Positions 37,765-47,691 of a stretch of 64,000 bases of DNA are shown in pieces (the stretch's first letter is position 1; each line of letters starts with the position of its first letter). The notes beneath the pieces were generated by a model. That model searched no databases. It was not told the DNA's origin and saw nothing but the letters and a program-made list of their open reading frames with translations. The stretch covers positions 416,001-480,000 of the forward strand of contig CAVSZB010000003.1 of assembly GCA_963732385.1 (NCBI GenBank). The letters run 5' to 3'. The translations under genes were made by a program, and so were the position numbers. This stretch comes from an uncultured bacterium. Its GTDB lineage: Bacteria; Krumholzibacteriota; Krumholzibacteriia; LZORAL124-64-63.

Positions 37765-38481
37765 TTGGCCGCCGAAGCGCCTCCGCCCCCCGATTCCCCG
37801 GAACTGGACGAGCGATCCCTTAAGGAGCTCGCGGAACGGACGCGCGCGCTGCTGGCGCGGCAGTTCGGCGTCGCGGTGCCGCCGACTCCGACCCGCCCCG
37901 CCGCGCCGGACGCGGCGGCCGGCCCGCCGCGCGCCTGCGCCGCCGCCGCCTCGTCGTCGCCGCCGTCGTCGCCGCGCCCCGCGCCGGTTCCGGCGCCGGC
38001 CCCGACCGCCCCGCGCCTGGCGCCCGGAGCGGATCGCCGGATCGCCATCGGCGCCGACCACGGCGGTTTCGCGCTGAAACAGCAGCTGGTCGAGCTGCTG
38101 CGGGAGCTGGCGTGGGAGCCGGTCGACGTCGGCACGCACGACCTCGGCGCCGTGGACTACCCGGACTTCGCGGTCAGGGTGGCGCGGACCGTGGCGCGGG
38201 GCGAGGCGTGGCGCGGCATCATGATCGACGGCGCCGGCATCGGCTCGGCGATGGCGGCCAACAAGATCGCCGGGGTGCGCGCCGCGACCGTCCACAACGA
38301 GGCCACGGCCGTCAATTCCCGGGAGCACAACGACGCGAACGTGCTCGTGCTCGGCAGCGGGCAGGTCAACCGTGGCCTGGCGCGACGGCTCGTGCGCCTC
38401 TGGCTCGCCACCGACTTCGCCGGCGGACGCCATCAGAAGCGCGTGGACAAGATCATCGCGCTCGACCGGGAGAAGGCATGA
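37765..38481 (+). CDS. rpiB: RpiB/LacAB-family sugar-phosphate isomerase with N-terminal helix and Pro/Ala linker
   Basis: IAIGADHGG, VDYPDFA, AANKIAGVRAA, SREHNDANVL, FAGGRH..RVDKI; TTG start after GGAGG. Confidence 0.88.
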   Translation: MAAEAPPPPDSPELDERSLKELAERTRALLARQFGVAVPPTPTRPAAPDAAAGPPRACAAAASSSPPSSPRPAPVPAPAPTAPRLAPGADRRIAIGADHGGFALKQQLVELLRELAWEPVDVGTHDLGAVDYPDFAVRVARTVARGEAWRGIMIDGAGIGSAMAANKIAGVRAATVHNEATAVNSREHNDANVLVLGSGQVNRGLARRLVRLWLATDFAGGRHQKRVDKIIALDREKA

Positions 38482-39164
38482 CCGGAACCCCCGCGCGACC
38501 GCTGCCGGTCACGCCCTTCTACCTCGCCATCGCCGGCAACATCGGTGTCGGCAAGTCCATGGTGACCGAATTGATCGGGCGGACGTACGGCTGGCGGACC
38601 TTCTACGAGCCGGTCATCGACAATCCGTACCTCGACGACTACTACGCCGACATGCGGCGCTGGGCGTTCCAGCTCCAGATCTACTTCCTGAGCAAGCGGT
38701 TCGAAGTGCAGAAGGCGATCCTCGACGACGGCGGCCCGGCCGTGCAGGACCGCACCATATACGAGGACGTCGAGATCTTCGCGCCGACCCTGCACCGACG
38801 CGGCTGCATCGACGACCGCGACTACGCCAGCTACCGCGAGATCTTCGCCAACATGACGGCCTTTTTGCGCGCGCCGGATCTGATCCTCTACCTGCGCGCC
38901 ACGCCCGACACGACCATCGAGCGGATCCGGCAGCGCGGGCGGACCTGTGAGCAGGGAGTCCCGCGCGACTTCATCGTGGCGCTGCACGAGGCCTACGAGG
39001 CGTGGCTCGGACGCGCGACGGCGCTTTGCCCCGTCGAGACCATCGACACCGAAACCGTCAACCTGCGCGACGACGAGTCCGCTCGCCGCGGTCTCTTCGC
39101 CCTGATCGATCGTCACCAGGCGGCGCGCCGGGCGCGTGGCCAGGCCGCTGGAGAGAGCCGATGA
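38478..39164 (+). CDS. Deoxynucleoside kinase (dNK family)
   Basis: AIAGNIGVGKS, NPYLDDYY.DM.RWAF.LQIYFL, QDRTIYED, RIRQRGR..E. Confidence 0.92.
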   Translation: MTGTPARPLPVTPFYLAIAGNIGVGKSMVTELIGRTYGWRTFYEPVIDNPYLDDYYADMRRWAFQLQIYFLSKRFEVQKAILDDGGPAVQDRTIYEDVEIFAPTLHRRGCIDDRDYASYREIFANMTAFLRAPDLILYLRATPDTTIERIRQRGRTCEQGVPRDFIVALHEAYEAWLGRATALCPVETIDTETVNLRDDESARRGLFALIDRHQAARRARGQAAGESR

Positions 39165-40267
39165 CCAGACGGAGCGATGCGCGACGCAGCGACCTGCTGC
39201 GGGGGGACGCCATCCCGGCCGATGTGCTGGCCGAGTTGCCCAAGACCGATCTGCACTGCCACCTCGACGGTTCCCTGCGCTGGGAAACGTTCGCGGAGCT
39301 GGCCCGCGCGGAGGGGATGGACCTGCCCGACGACCGGGACGAGGCGCGCCGTCTCTACCTTCCGCCGTCGCACGTGAGCGGGCAGACGGAGTTCCTGGGG
39401 CACTTCGAGCATCCGTTGGCCGTTTTGCAGACCCCCGAAGCTTTGCGGCGCGCGGCGTGCGAGCTCGCCCTCGATGCCGCCGCCGAGACATGCTGGTACC
39501 TTGAGGTCCGGTTCTGCCCGCTGCTGCACCAGAGGCGCGGCATGGATCCGGAGGCGGCCGTGGCCGCCGTCGTGGCGGGGTTGCGGGAGGCCGAGGCGCA
39601 GGCGCGCATCACGACCGGAGTGATCGTGACCGGGCTGCGCACGATCGACCCCGCGAAGTCGCGCGCGCTCGCCGAACTGGCGGTGCGCTGGAAGGGGCGC
39701 GGCGTGGTGGCCTTCGATCTGGCGGGGGCCGAGAAGGACTATCCCGCCAAGGACCACCGCGAGGCCTTCTACCACGTCATGAATCACAACCTGAACACCA
39801 CGATCCATGCCGGCGAAGGATTCGGGCCGACGTCGATCCACCAGGCCCTGCACTATTGCGGCGCCAACCGCATCGGGCACGGCACCCGCCTGCACGAGGA
39901 CGCCGACCTGCTCGCCTACGTGAACGATCACCGCATCCCGCTGGAGATGTGCATCAGCAGCAACGTGCAGATGGGGGTCGTTCCGGCCGTGGCGGACCAT
40001 CCGCTGCGCCGGTATCTCGACCTGGGCCTGCGGGTCACCATCAACACCGACAACCGGCTGTTCGCCCGCACCTCCCTGCTCAACGAGCTGCAACTGGCGG
40101 CGCGTACTTTCGATCTGACCCTGCTCGACGCGGAGAACCTGCTGCTCAACGGCTTCAAGAGCGCGTTCCTGCCGGCCGGCCCCCGCGCCGAGCTGCTGGG
40201 CGAGGCGCTCGAGACGATGGACGCCCTGCGGGACAAGTTCGGTCTCGACGACCTGGAGTTGTCGTGA
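39161..40267 (+). CDS. add: Adenosine deaminase
   Basis: LPKTDLHCHLDGS, YLEVRFCP, TIHAGE, RIGHG, LEMCISSN, INTDN. Confidence 0.93.
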   Translation: MTRRSDARRSDLLRGDAIPADVLAELPKTDLHCHLDGSLRWETFAELARAEGMDLPDDRDEARRLYLPPSHVSGQTEFLGHFEHPLAVLQTPEALRRAACELALDAAAETCWYLEVRFCPLLHQRRGMDPEAAVAAVVAGLREAEAQARITTGVIVTGLRTIDPAKSRALAELAVRWKGRGVVAFDLAGAEKDYPAKDHREAFYHVMNHNLNTTIHAGEGFGPTSIHQALHYCGANRIGHGTRLHEDADLLAYVNDHRIPLEMCISSNVQMGVVPAVADHPLRRYLDLGLRVTINTDNRLFARTSLLNELQLAARTFDLTLLDAENLLLNGFKSAFLPAGPRAELLGEALETMDALRDKFGLDDLELS

Positions 40268-41151
40268 ACGATGGCGCCGCCCGCATCGCCGCGCTCGGCG
40301 ACGTCTGGCGCGACGACGTCGCCGCGGCGGCCGACTGGCTGCGCGCGCGCGGTTTCTCCGGGCGCGTCGGTCTGGTCCTCGGCAGTGGCCTCGGTGCGTT
40401 CGCCGAGACACTGCCCGGCGCGCGGGCCGTGCCCTACGCACAGATCCCCGGCTTCCGCACCACCTCGGTGGCGGAGCACAAGGGGCGTTTGGTGGTGGGC
40501 GAGGCGGCCGGGGTGCCGGTCATCGTCATGCAGGGGCGGCTCCACCCTTACGAGGGGTTGCCGGGGGCGGTGTCGCTGCTGCCGACGGCGGTGCTGGCCG
40601 GGCTGGGGGTCGACTCGGCCGTGGTGACCAACGCGGCCGGGGGGCTGAACCGGCTCTATCTCCCGGGCGACCTGATGGTGATCCGCGAGCAGATCGACCT
40701 GCACCTGCGCGATCCGCTGCGCGGACTGCTGCGCGAAAGCCCCGGGGGCGGGCCTGACGGGCGCCGTCCTCCCGGCGCCGGCGGTCCGTACCACGTCCGC
40801 CTCGCGCGCCTGCTCGTCGAGACCGGCGCGGAAATCGGCGTACCTTTGCACATCGGCACCTACGCCAGCATGTCGGGGCCGGCTTACGAGACACGCGCGG
40901 AGATCGGCATGCTGCGGCGGATCGGCGGCGACGCGGTCGGCATGTCCACCGCCGCCGAAACGGCGCTCCTGTCGCGGCTCGGCGTGGCGGTCGTGGGACT
41001 GTCGTGCATCACGAACCCGGCGCGGGAGGTCGGACAGCCGGAATTGTCACACCAGGATGTCGTGGAGGTCGGCAACCGGGTGCGGGCGCGGCTGGAGCGG
41101 CTGTTGCTGGCGTTCCTGCCCCGGCTTGCGGATATTGGGGCCGGCTCGTAA
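40264..41151 (+). CDS. punA: Purine nucleoside phosphorylase (trimeric, inosine/guanosine type)
   Basis: GLVLGSGLG, QGRLHPYEG, TNAAGGLN, GPAYETRAE, AVGMST, CITN. Confidence 0.9.
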   Translation: MNDGAARIAALGDVWRDDVAAAADWLRARGFSGRVGLVLGSGLGAFAETLPGARAVPYAQIPGFRTTSVAEHKGRLVVGEAAGVPVIVMQGRLHPYEGLPGAVSLLPTAVLAGLGVDSAVVTNAAGGLNRLYLPGDLMVIREQIDLHLRDPLRGLLRESPGGGPDGRRPPGAGGPYHVRLARLLVETGAEIGVPLHIGTYASMSGPAYETRAEIGMLRRIGGDAVGMSTAAETALLSRLGVAVVGLSCITNPAREVGQPELSHQDVVEVGNRVRARLERLLLAFLPRLADIGAGS

Positions 41152-41174
41152 GCGGCGCGGAGGAGGTCCGTAAC

Positions 41175-41852
41175 ATGTTTTTCGATCCCACCTTCATGAT
41201 GCTCATCCCGGTGATAATCTTCGCGCTGTACGCGCAGGCGAAGGTCAAGAGCACGTATCAGAAGTACCTGAAGGTGCCGGCCTCGCGCGGGCTGACCGGC
41301 GCCGAATCGGCGCGCCGGCTGCTCGACGCCGCGGGCCTGTCGGCGGTCGCGATCCAGACGACTCCCGGTCGTCTGACCGACCACTACGACCCCCGCAAGC
41401 GGGCGCTTTTCCTCAGTGAGGACAACTTCAACGGACGCAGCGTGGCGTCGCTCGGTGTGGCGTGCCACGAGGCGGGGCACGCCATACAGCACGCGCAGGC
41501 CTTCGCGCCGCTGGCGATGCGGCAGGCGATCTGGCCGGTGGCCGGTTTCGGCAGCTGGCTCGCCTGGCCCATCTTCTTCGTCGGGCTGCTGATGCGCACC
41601 CCGTTGCTGATGGACGTGGGCATCATCGTGTTCCTTGTGGCGGCCTTCTTCACGATCATCACGCTGCCGGTGGAATTCGACGCCAGCAACCGCGCTATCA
41701 AGCTGCTTGCGCAGCACGGTCTCGTCTCGCGCGAGGAGCAGAGCGGGGCCCGGGCGGTGCTGAACGCCGCCGCGCTGACCTACGTCGCTGCCGCGCTGAT
41801 GTCGGTGGTGCAGCTCGTGCGGATGCTGATCCTGCGCAACGGTCGGAATTAG
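41175..41852 (+). CDS. Membrane zinc metallopeptidase (YugP/Zn_peptidase_2 family)
   Basis: LTDHYDP, ACHEAGHAIQH, TLPVEFDAS.RA, AAALTYVAA. Confidence 0.92.
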   Translation: MFFDPTFMMLIPVIIFALYAQAKVKSTYQKYLKVPASRGLTGAESARRLLDAAGLSAVAIQTTPGRLTDHYDPRKRALFLSEDNFNGRSVASLGVACHEAGHAIQHAQAFAPLAMRQAIWPVAGFGSWLAWPIFFVGLLMRTPLLMDVGIIVFLVAAFFTIITLPVEFDASNRAIKLLAQHGLVSREEQSGARAVLNAAALTYVAAALMSVVQLVRMLILRNGRN

Positions 41853-41888
41853 CGCCCGGCCTCCGGCCGGCAGGAAGCGAGGAGAGCG

Positions 41889-42656
41889 ATGCGGAGCCAC
41901 CTGGTCGCTGGGAACTGGAAACTGAATCTGGGGCCCGCCGCCGCGCAGAAGCTCGCGCGCGAGGTGCGCGACGGACTGCGGGGCGTCGACACGCGCGCCG
42001 AGGTCCTGATCTGTCCGCCGTTCGTCTCGCTGGCCGCGGCGCACGAGATGATCGCCGGCTCGCCGGTGCGTCTCGGGGCGCAGAACTGTGCCGCCTGGGA
42101 TGTGGGCGCCTACACCGGCGAGGTGTCGGCCGCGATGCTTGCCGAGGCGGGCTGCAGCCACGTCATCGTGGCGCACTCCGAGCGGCGGGCGCTGTTCGGC
42201 GAGCGGGATGAGGTTTTCATCGCCAAAATCGACCGCGCCCATGCCGCCGGTCTGGTCCCCATCTTCTGTTTCGGCGAAGTGCTCGAGGAGCGCCGCGGCG
42301 GCCGCGCCGAGGCGGTCGTGCAGGCGCAGCTCGAGGGGGTGCTGCCGCACCTGAAGAGCTGTACGCCGGCCGACACCGTGCTGGCCTACGAGCCGGTCTG
42401 GGCCATCGGCACCGGCGAAACCGCCACACCCGACATAGCGCAGGCCACGCACGCCTTCGCGCGCGGGGTCGTGGCGAAACTGCTCGGCCCGGTCACCGCC
42501 GCCGGCCTGCGCATTCTCTACGGCGGCAGCGTGAAGGCGGGCAACGCCGCGGAGCTGTTCACGCAGCCCGATATCGACGGCGGTCTCGTGGGTGGCGCGA
42601 GTCTGCAGGCGGCGGAGTTTATCGGCATCGTCAGAGGTGCGTCGGCCGGTCGCTGA
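41889..42656 (+). CDS. tpiA: Triosephosphate isomerase
   Basis: VAGNWK, GAYTGEVS, HSERR, AYEPVWAIGTG, YGGSV, DGGLVGGASL. Confidence 0.96.
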   Translation: MRSHLVAGNWKLNLGPAAAQKLAREVRDGLRGVDTRAEVLICPPFVSLAAAHEMIAGSPVRLGAQNCAAWDVGAYTGEVSAAMLAEAGCSHVIVAHSERRALFGERDEVFIAKIDRAHAAGLVPIFCFGEVLEERRGGRAEAVVQAQLEGVLPHLKSCTPADTVLAYEPVWAIGTGETATPDIAQATHAFARGVVAKLLGPVTAAGLRILYGGSVKAGNAAELFTQPDIDGGLVGGASLQAAEFIGIVRGASAGR

Positions 42657-42691
42657 GACCGCGGCGCGGCACCACGGCACGGAGGTTCAGG

Positions 42692-45424
42692 GTGACGATC
42701 GCGAGGCTGTGCAGGCCGCGGCGGACCGGGAGTGCGCAGCGCCCCGCGACCGTCGCGGTCGCGCTGTTCGTGATGGCCGGCGTTCTGGCGCTGGTCGCGG
42801 CGCCGACCGCGCGGGCGCTGACGGCCGGCGGCGCGTCGCCCCCGGTCGGCGCGCCGAATCCGGTCTGGACCGGCGCCGATCCGACGACCGCGCGTCTCGA
42901 TCCGGTCTTCCCCGCCCTGCCCGACGGCGCGGAGATTCTGCGGCTGGAGAACGGCCTGCGGGTCATCCTGCTGCGCAACCCCGCTCAGCCGATGGTCGGC
43001 ATCTACACTCAGGTCCGGGTCGGCTCGGCGTACGAGGATTTCCGCACGAGCGGCATGTCGCACATGCTCGAGCACCTGCTGTTCAACGGCACCACGCTGT
43101 ACACCCAGGAACAGCTCTACGACCTGGCCGATCTCAAAGGGGCCTATAACAACGCCACCACCTCCACCTTCTTCACGAACTTCATGACCGTATTGCCGAC
43201 GGGGGCGCTCGAGACCGGCCTGAAGATCCAGTCGCAGATGCTGTTCCACTCGACCCTGCCCGTCGACAAGTTCGCCAAGGAGCAGGGCATCGTGCTGGGC
43301 GAACTGGTGCAAAGCCGCGACCGCGACTCCGACTTTGCCGGCGAGACGCTCCAGGAGGTGCTGTACGAGGGGAGCAGCCAGGCCCTGCCCACGTTGGGAA
43401 CCCGCAGCACCATCGAACATCTGAGGCGGGAAGATGTGCTGGCCTTCTACCGCAACTTCTACGTGCCGAACAACATGATCACGACCATCGCCGGGAATTT
43501 CGACCGTGCCCGCGTGCTCGAGCTGCTGGAGAAGCACTACGGCGCCGCGGCTCCCGGCACGGTCATCGCGCCGCCGATCATGCCGCCGGTCTTCGTGGAC
43601 CGTACGCGCGCCGTAGTGCGTCGTGGGGGCGATCACCCGGTGGTCATGCTCGCCTTCGACGCGCCCACCTACGGCTCGTCTGATTACTTCCCGTTCCTGG
43701 TGCTGACGCGCCTGCTCGATGCGCCCGGCACCGGCATTCTCACGCGGGCCGTGGCCCAGCTTCCGGCCGCGCGCCGTCCCGAGTTGTCTCTGCAGTGGGA
43801 TCGGGCCGACATCTACGGGCGTCTCGTCGTACGCTTCGACCTCAAGCCGGGCGACGATCCGGCGCGCTACTACCGGCTCGTGCAGGAGGCCTGCGCCTCG
43901 GCGCTCGAGTGGGGGATCACCGACGAAGAGGTCATCGAGATCATACGCGCCGAGGAGACGCAGACCCTGATCGACCGCGAGCAGTTGCGGCAGCTCTCGA
44001 TCGTCGCCGCCGAGCCGATCGTGCTCGGCGGCCCCGACTTCTGGGTGACCACCCTCAGCCGCCTGCGTGAGGCGAACGCGATCCAGGTGGTCGATGCGCT
44101 CACAAATTACCTGTCCGAGACGGCATGTCTGGCCGTGGCCTGTGTTCCGGTCGCGGCGCCCGAAGCGGGTGTGGGCAAGGCCGACGAGGGCAGTCCGGTC
44201 GTCAAGCGCTCGGTCCTCAAGAGCGGCGCCGTGCTGGTTTCGCAGGAGACGCCCGGCTCGCCGCTCTTCGCCGTCCACCTGACGATGCGCAACCGCGCCC
44301 TGCTCGACGGTGAGCGGCCCGGAGCCGTCAACCTGGTGCACCGGCTGCTGACCAGCGGTGTCGGCGGCTGCGATGCGACCTGCCTGCAGCGCAAGCTCAA
44401 CCGCCTCGGCGCGGTGATCAAGCTGACGGACGATCCCCGCATCCCGATGGACAACTATTACACGAACGGCCGCTTCTCCTACATCCGGCTCGAGACCGCG
44501 GCCGACGCCGGGCCCGACGCCCTGGCCCTTCTGGCCGACCTGACCCGCAATGCCGGCTTCACCGCCGCGGACTTCGAGCGCGAGCGGGCCGCGCAGCTCA
44601 CGCAACTCGGACGCCAGCAGGCCAGTGCCGGAACCACAGCCAGCCGCCGGCTCGAGGAGACGCTCTTCGGCAACCACCCGCTCGGCCTGCCGGTCGAGGG
44701 CGATGCCGCGTCGCTCAAGGCGCTCACCTATGACGAGACGCGGCGCGTCTACGGCCTGGCCTTCGCGCCGGAGAACCTGATCGTGGCCGTGGCGTCGCCC
44801 TTCTCCCACGAGCAGCTCGCCGAGACGCTCGGCGGCCTGCTGCCTGGCCGCGGTCGTCCCGCCGGCGGTCTGCCCGGGCTGCCGGTCACGACGCAGGCGA
44901 CGCGCGTGGTCGCCTCTCTCGGCGGCCAGATGGCCGCGATCCGGGTCGGCTCGCTCATGCGCCTGCTGCCGGAGGACCGCCGTCCTCTGGAGTTGCTGAC
45001 CGCGATCGTGTCGAACCGTCTCGCCATGGACCTGCGCGAGCGGAAGGGGCTCTCCTACAGCGTCGGTGCAAGCTGGGAAACGATGGGCGGCGAAGGAGAG
45101 TTTTCGGCCTGGCTCAATCCGCCGCGCGAGCGGATGGAGGAGGGCGAGCGCACGCTGAAGGAATTCCTGGCGGCGTTCGATCCCGCCACGATCACGGCCG
45201 AAGAACTGGCGCGCACCCGCAGCGCCGTGGCGGGCCGCCTGATGATGCGCCGCCTCGCGAGCATCAGCCAGGCCTACTACCTGGCGATGGCTGAACTCGA
45301 GGGGGATCTTACACAGTACGGGAAGTCGCTGCGGGCCTATGAGTCCGTGACCCTGGCCGATCTGCGGGGGGCCTGGACGAAGTACCTGAAGGTCGCGCCG
45401 CTGGTGACGGTGATCGTGGACTGA
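42692..45424 (+). CDS. Exported M16 (pitrilysin/insulinase) zinc protease, two-halves fused form
   Basis: LENGLRV, GMSHMLEHLLFNGT (HxxEH), FYRNFYVPNNM, LRERKGLSYSV; start uncertain. Confidence 0.9.
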   Translation: MTIARLCRPRRTGSAQRPATVAVALFVMAGVLALVAAPTARALTAGGASPPVGAPNPVWTGADPTTARLDPVFPALPDGAEILRLENGLRVILLRNPAQPMVGIYTQVRVGSAYEDFRTSGMSHMLEHLLFNGTTLYTQEQLYDLADLKGAYNNATTSTFFTNFMTVLPTGALETGLKIQSQMLFHSTLPVDKFAKEQGIVLGELVQSRDRDSDFAGETLQEVLYEGSSQALPTLGTRSTIEHLRREDVLAFYRNFYVPNNMITTIAGNFDRARVLELLEKHYGAAAPGTVIAPPIMPPVFVDRTRAVVRRGGDHPVVMLAFDAPTYGSSDYFPFLVLTRLLDAPGTGILTRAVAQLPAARRPELSLQWDRADIYGRLVVRFDLKPGDDPARYYRLVQEACASALEWGITDEEVIEIIRAEETQTLIDREQLRQLSIVAAEPIVLGGPDFWVTTLSRLREANAIQVVDALTNYLSETACLAVACVPVAAPEAGVGKADEGSPVVKRSVLKSGAVLVSQETPGSPLFAVHLTMRNRALLDGERPGAVNLVHRLLTSGVGGCDATCLQRKLNRLGAVIKLTDDPRIPMDNYYTNGRFSYIRLETAADAGPDALALLADLTRNAGFTAADFERERAAQLTQLGRQQASAGTTASRRLEETLFGNHPLGLPVEGDAASLKALTYDETRRVYGLAFAPENLIVAVASPFSHEQLAETLGGLLPGRGRPAGGLPGLPVTTQATRVVASLGGQMAAIRVGSLMRLLPEDRRPLELLTAIVSNRLAMDLRERKGLSYSVGASWETMGGEGEFSAWLNPPRERMEEGERTLKEFLAAFDPATITAEELARTRSAVAGRLMMRRLASISQAYYLAMAELEGDLTQYGKSLRAYESVTLADLRGAWTKYLKVAPLVTVIVD

Positions 45425-45474
45425 TCTTCCGGCCCGGGAGCCGCGTGAATCGTTTTACGGTTGGAGAGCCCGAC

Positions 45475-47571
45475 ATGAAGCTTCGAGCCGGAATGCGGCG
45501 CCTGGGCTGCGTCCTGTCGATTCTGATCACGGTCCTGTGCGCGGCGCACGCGGTGGCGCAGCCGCTCGTTGTTCGCCATCGCGCGCATCTGACGCTCGAC
45601 CCCGTCCGCAACGCGCTGGTCGTGACCGATACAGTGTCGTTCGAAGGCGCGGCGCCCGACTCGTTCTCCCTGAACCGGCGGCTTTCCCTCGCCACGGGCC
45701 CGCGCGACGCCGCGTCGGGCCGGTCCGATTCCACACGGACGACCTGGCCGCTGCGGGCGCTGTGCGCGTCGGACGGCAACGATCCGGCCGCTGTGTACGT
45801 CGCCCGGGCCTCAGGCGTCTTCCTCGAGTCCACGCAGGACGTCGTCTTCACGCGGGAGAATGTCGGACGCGAGATCCAGGCCACGATCGGCGCGGAGGGG
45901 ATCTACCTGGCGGGCGAGGCGTGCTGGCTGCCGACGTTCAAGGACGCGCTCGTCACGTCCCGCCTGACGATCGACACTCCGGTCGGGATCGAACCGATGA
46001 CGAACGGGGTGCGGGCGGGCCGCGAGGTGCGGGGCGAACGGCTGATCACCGTCTGGGAGGAAAAGAGCCCGGTCGACGGCATCGCGCTGATCGCCGGGAA
46101 GTACACGGTGACGGAGGAGCAGGCGGGGTCGGTGGCCATCTCCACCTGGCTGTTGCGGGACGAGCCGAAGCTGGCCGCGCTCTACCTGGAGCGGACCCGC
46201 GCCTACCTGTCCATGTACGAGCAGATGATCGGGCCGTATCCGTTCGGCAAGTTCGCCACGGTGGAGAACTGGTTCCCCACCGGCTACGGCATGCCATCGT
46301 GGACGCTGCTCGGCGGCACGGTCCTGCGGCTGCCGTTCATCCCGTACACTTCGTTCGGACATGAGGTGGCGCACAACTGGTGGGGCAACTCGGTGTTCGT
46401 GGCCGACGAGGGGGGCAACTGGTGCGAGGGGCTCACCTCGTACTGCGCTGATTACCACTACAAGGAGCTCGAGTCGCCGGCGGCCGCGCGCGAGTACCGG
46501 CGCAACCTGCTCAAGGACTACGCCGCCTACGTGCGTGACCCCGCGCAGGACCTGCCGCTGACGCAGTTCCGCGCGCGCCACAGCGGCGCCACGCGGGCGA
46601 TCGGTTACGGCAAGTCGATGATGGTCTTCCACATGGTGGACCGCGCGATCGGGCGCGGCCGGTTCGAGCAGGCGCTGCGCGACGTCTACGCCGCGAAGCG
46701 CTTCCGGAAGGCGTCGTGGGACGACTTCTTCGCCGCCTTCGCGCAGGCGGCGGACCGCGACCTGACCACCTTTGCCCGGCAGTGGCTCACGCGCACCGGC
46801 GCGCCGGTCCTCACGCTCGACAAGGCGGCGCGGCAGGGGGACAGGGTCCGCTTTACGCTGAGCCAGGGTGCGCCGCCATACGATCTCGAGGTGCCGGTCG
46901 TGGTGACGACGGACACGGGGATCGTCGACACTTCGGTGCGGCTCGACCGGATGAGCGGCGACTTCGAAATGGTTGCGCCTGGCGCGGTGTCGCTGGCGAT
47001 CGATCCCGACTGCCACCTTTTCCGGCGGCTCGACCCGCGCGAGATCGAGCCGACCATCAGCCAGGTGCTGGGCGAGCAGACGCCGTTGATCGTCCTGCCT
47101 GACGCCACGGGGCCGGAACTGGCGGCGGCGGCGGCGTTCGCGCGGGCGTACACCGAAAGTGAAACGCCGATGACCGTTGGCGGCGGCCGTCCGCCGAACG
47201 ACGTCAGGCCGGGCGCCGGGGTGATGAAGGTGCTCGTCAACCCGCGCCCCGAGGTGCTGGCCGAGCGGTGCGCCGGAGCCCTCAAGGGGCTGCTCACGGT
47301 CTCCGGAGACCTCGTCTTCGTGGCGGGGCAGCGCCACGACCTGAAGCAGAATGACATCATCTTCGCGGCGTACGATCCGCGCGACCCCTCCGTGACCGAC
47401 CTGGTCGTGCTCTGCCGCTCGCCCGAGCGGCTGCCGGGCCTCGCGGGACGGATTGGGCACTACGGGAAGTACTCCTATCTGGTCTTTCCGGCCGCGCGCG
47501 GCGAAGCGGTCAGGGGGAACTGGCCGACGTCCGGTGGCCGGCTCACGGCGACCCTGACGCCGGCGCCCTGA
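45475..47571 (+). CDS. Exported M1-family aminopeptidase
   Basis: GPYPFGKF, GYGMPS, HEVAHNWWGN...WCEGL (HExxH-x18-E), YGKS.MVFHM. Confidence 0.88.
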   Translation: MKLRAGMRRLGCVLSILITVLCAAHAVAQPLVVRHRAHLTLDPVRNALVVTDTVSFEGAAPDSFSLNRRLSLATGPRDAASGRSDSTRTTWPLRALCASDGNDPAAVYVARASGVFLESTQDVVFTRENVGREIQATIGAEGIYLAGEACWLPTFKDALVTSRLTIDTPVGIEPMTNGVRAGREVRGERLITVWEEKSPVDGIALIAGKYTVTEEQAGSVAISTWLLRDEPKLAALYLERTRAYLSMYEQMIGPYPFGKFATVENWFPTGYGMPSWTLLGGTVLRLPFIPYTSFGHEVAHNWWGNSVFVADEGGNWCEGLTSYCADYHYKELESPAAAREYRRNLLKDYAAYVRDPAQDLPLTQFRARHSGATRAIGYGKSMMVFHMVDRAIGRGRFEQALRDVYAAKRFRKASWDDFFAAFAQAADRDLTTFARQWLTRTGAPVLTLDKAARQGDRVRFTLSQGAPPYDLEVPVVVTTDTGIVDTSVRLDRMSGDFEMVAPGAVSLAIDPDCHLFRRLDPREIEPTISQVLGEQTPLIVLPDATGPELAAAAAFARAYTESETPMTVGGGRPPNDVRPGAGVMKVLVNPRPEVLAERCAGALKGLLTVSGDLVFVAGQRHDLKQNDIIFAAYDPRDPSVTDLVVLCRSPERLPGLAGRIGHYGKYSYLVFPAARGEAVRGNWPTSGGRLTATLTPAP

Positions 47572-47691
47572 GCGTCCTGATCGCCGACGCCAAGCTGCGG
47601 GCGACACCGGCGCCCGGTGGTTGTATCTTGTATGATCGGGGGGGCGGAAACCCGGCCCGATCGGTGTTTGTTATCTTGGGAGGACATTGTC

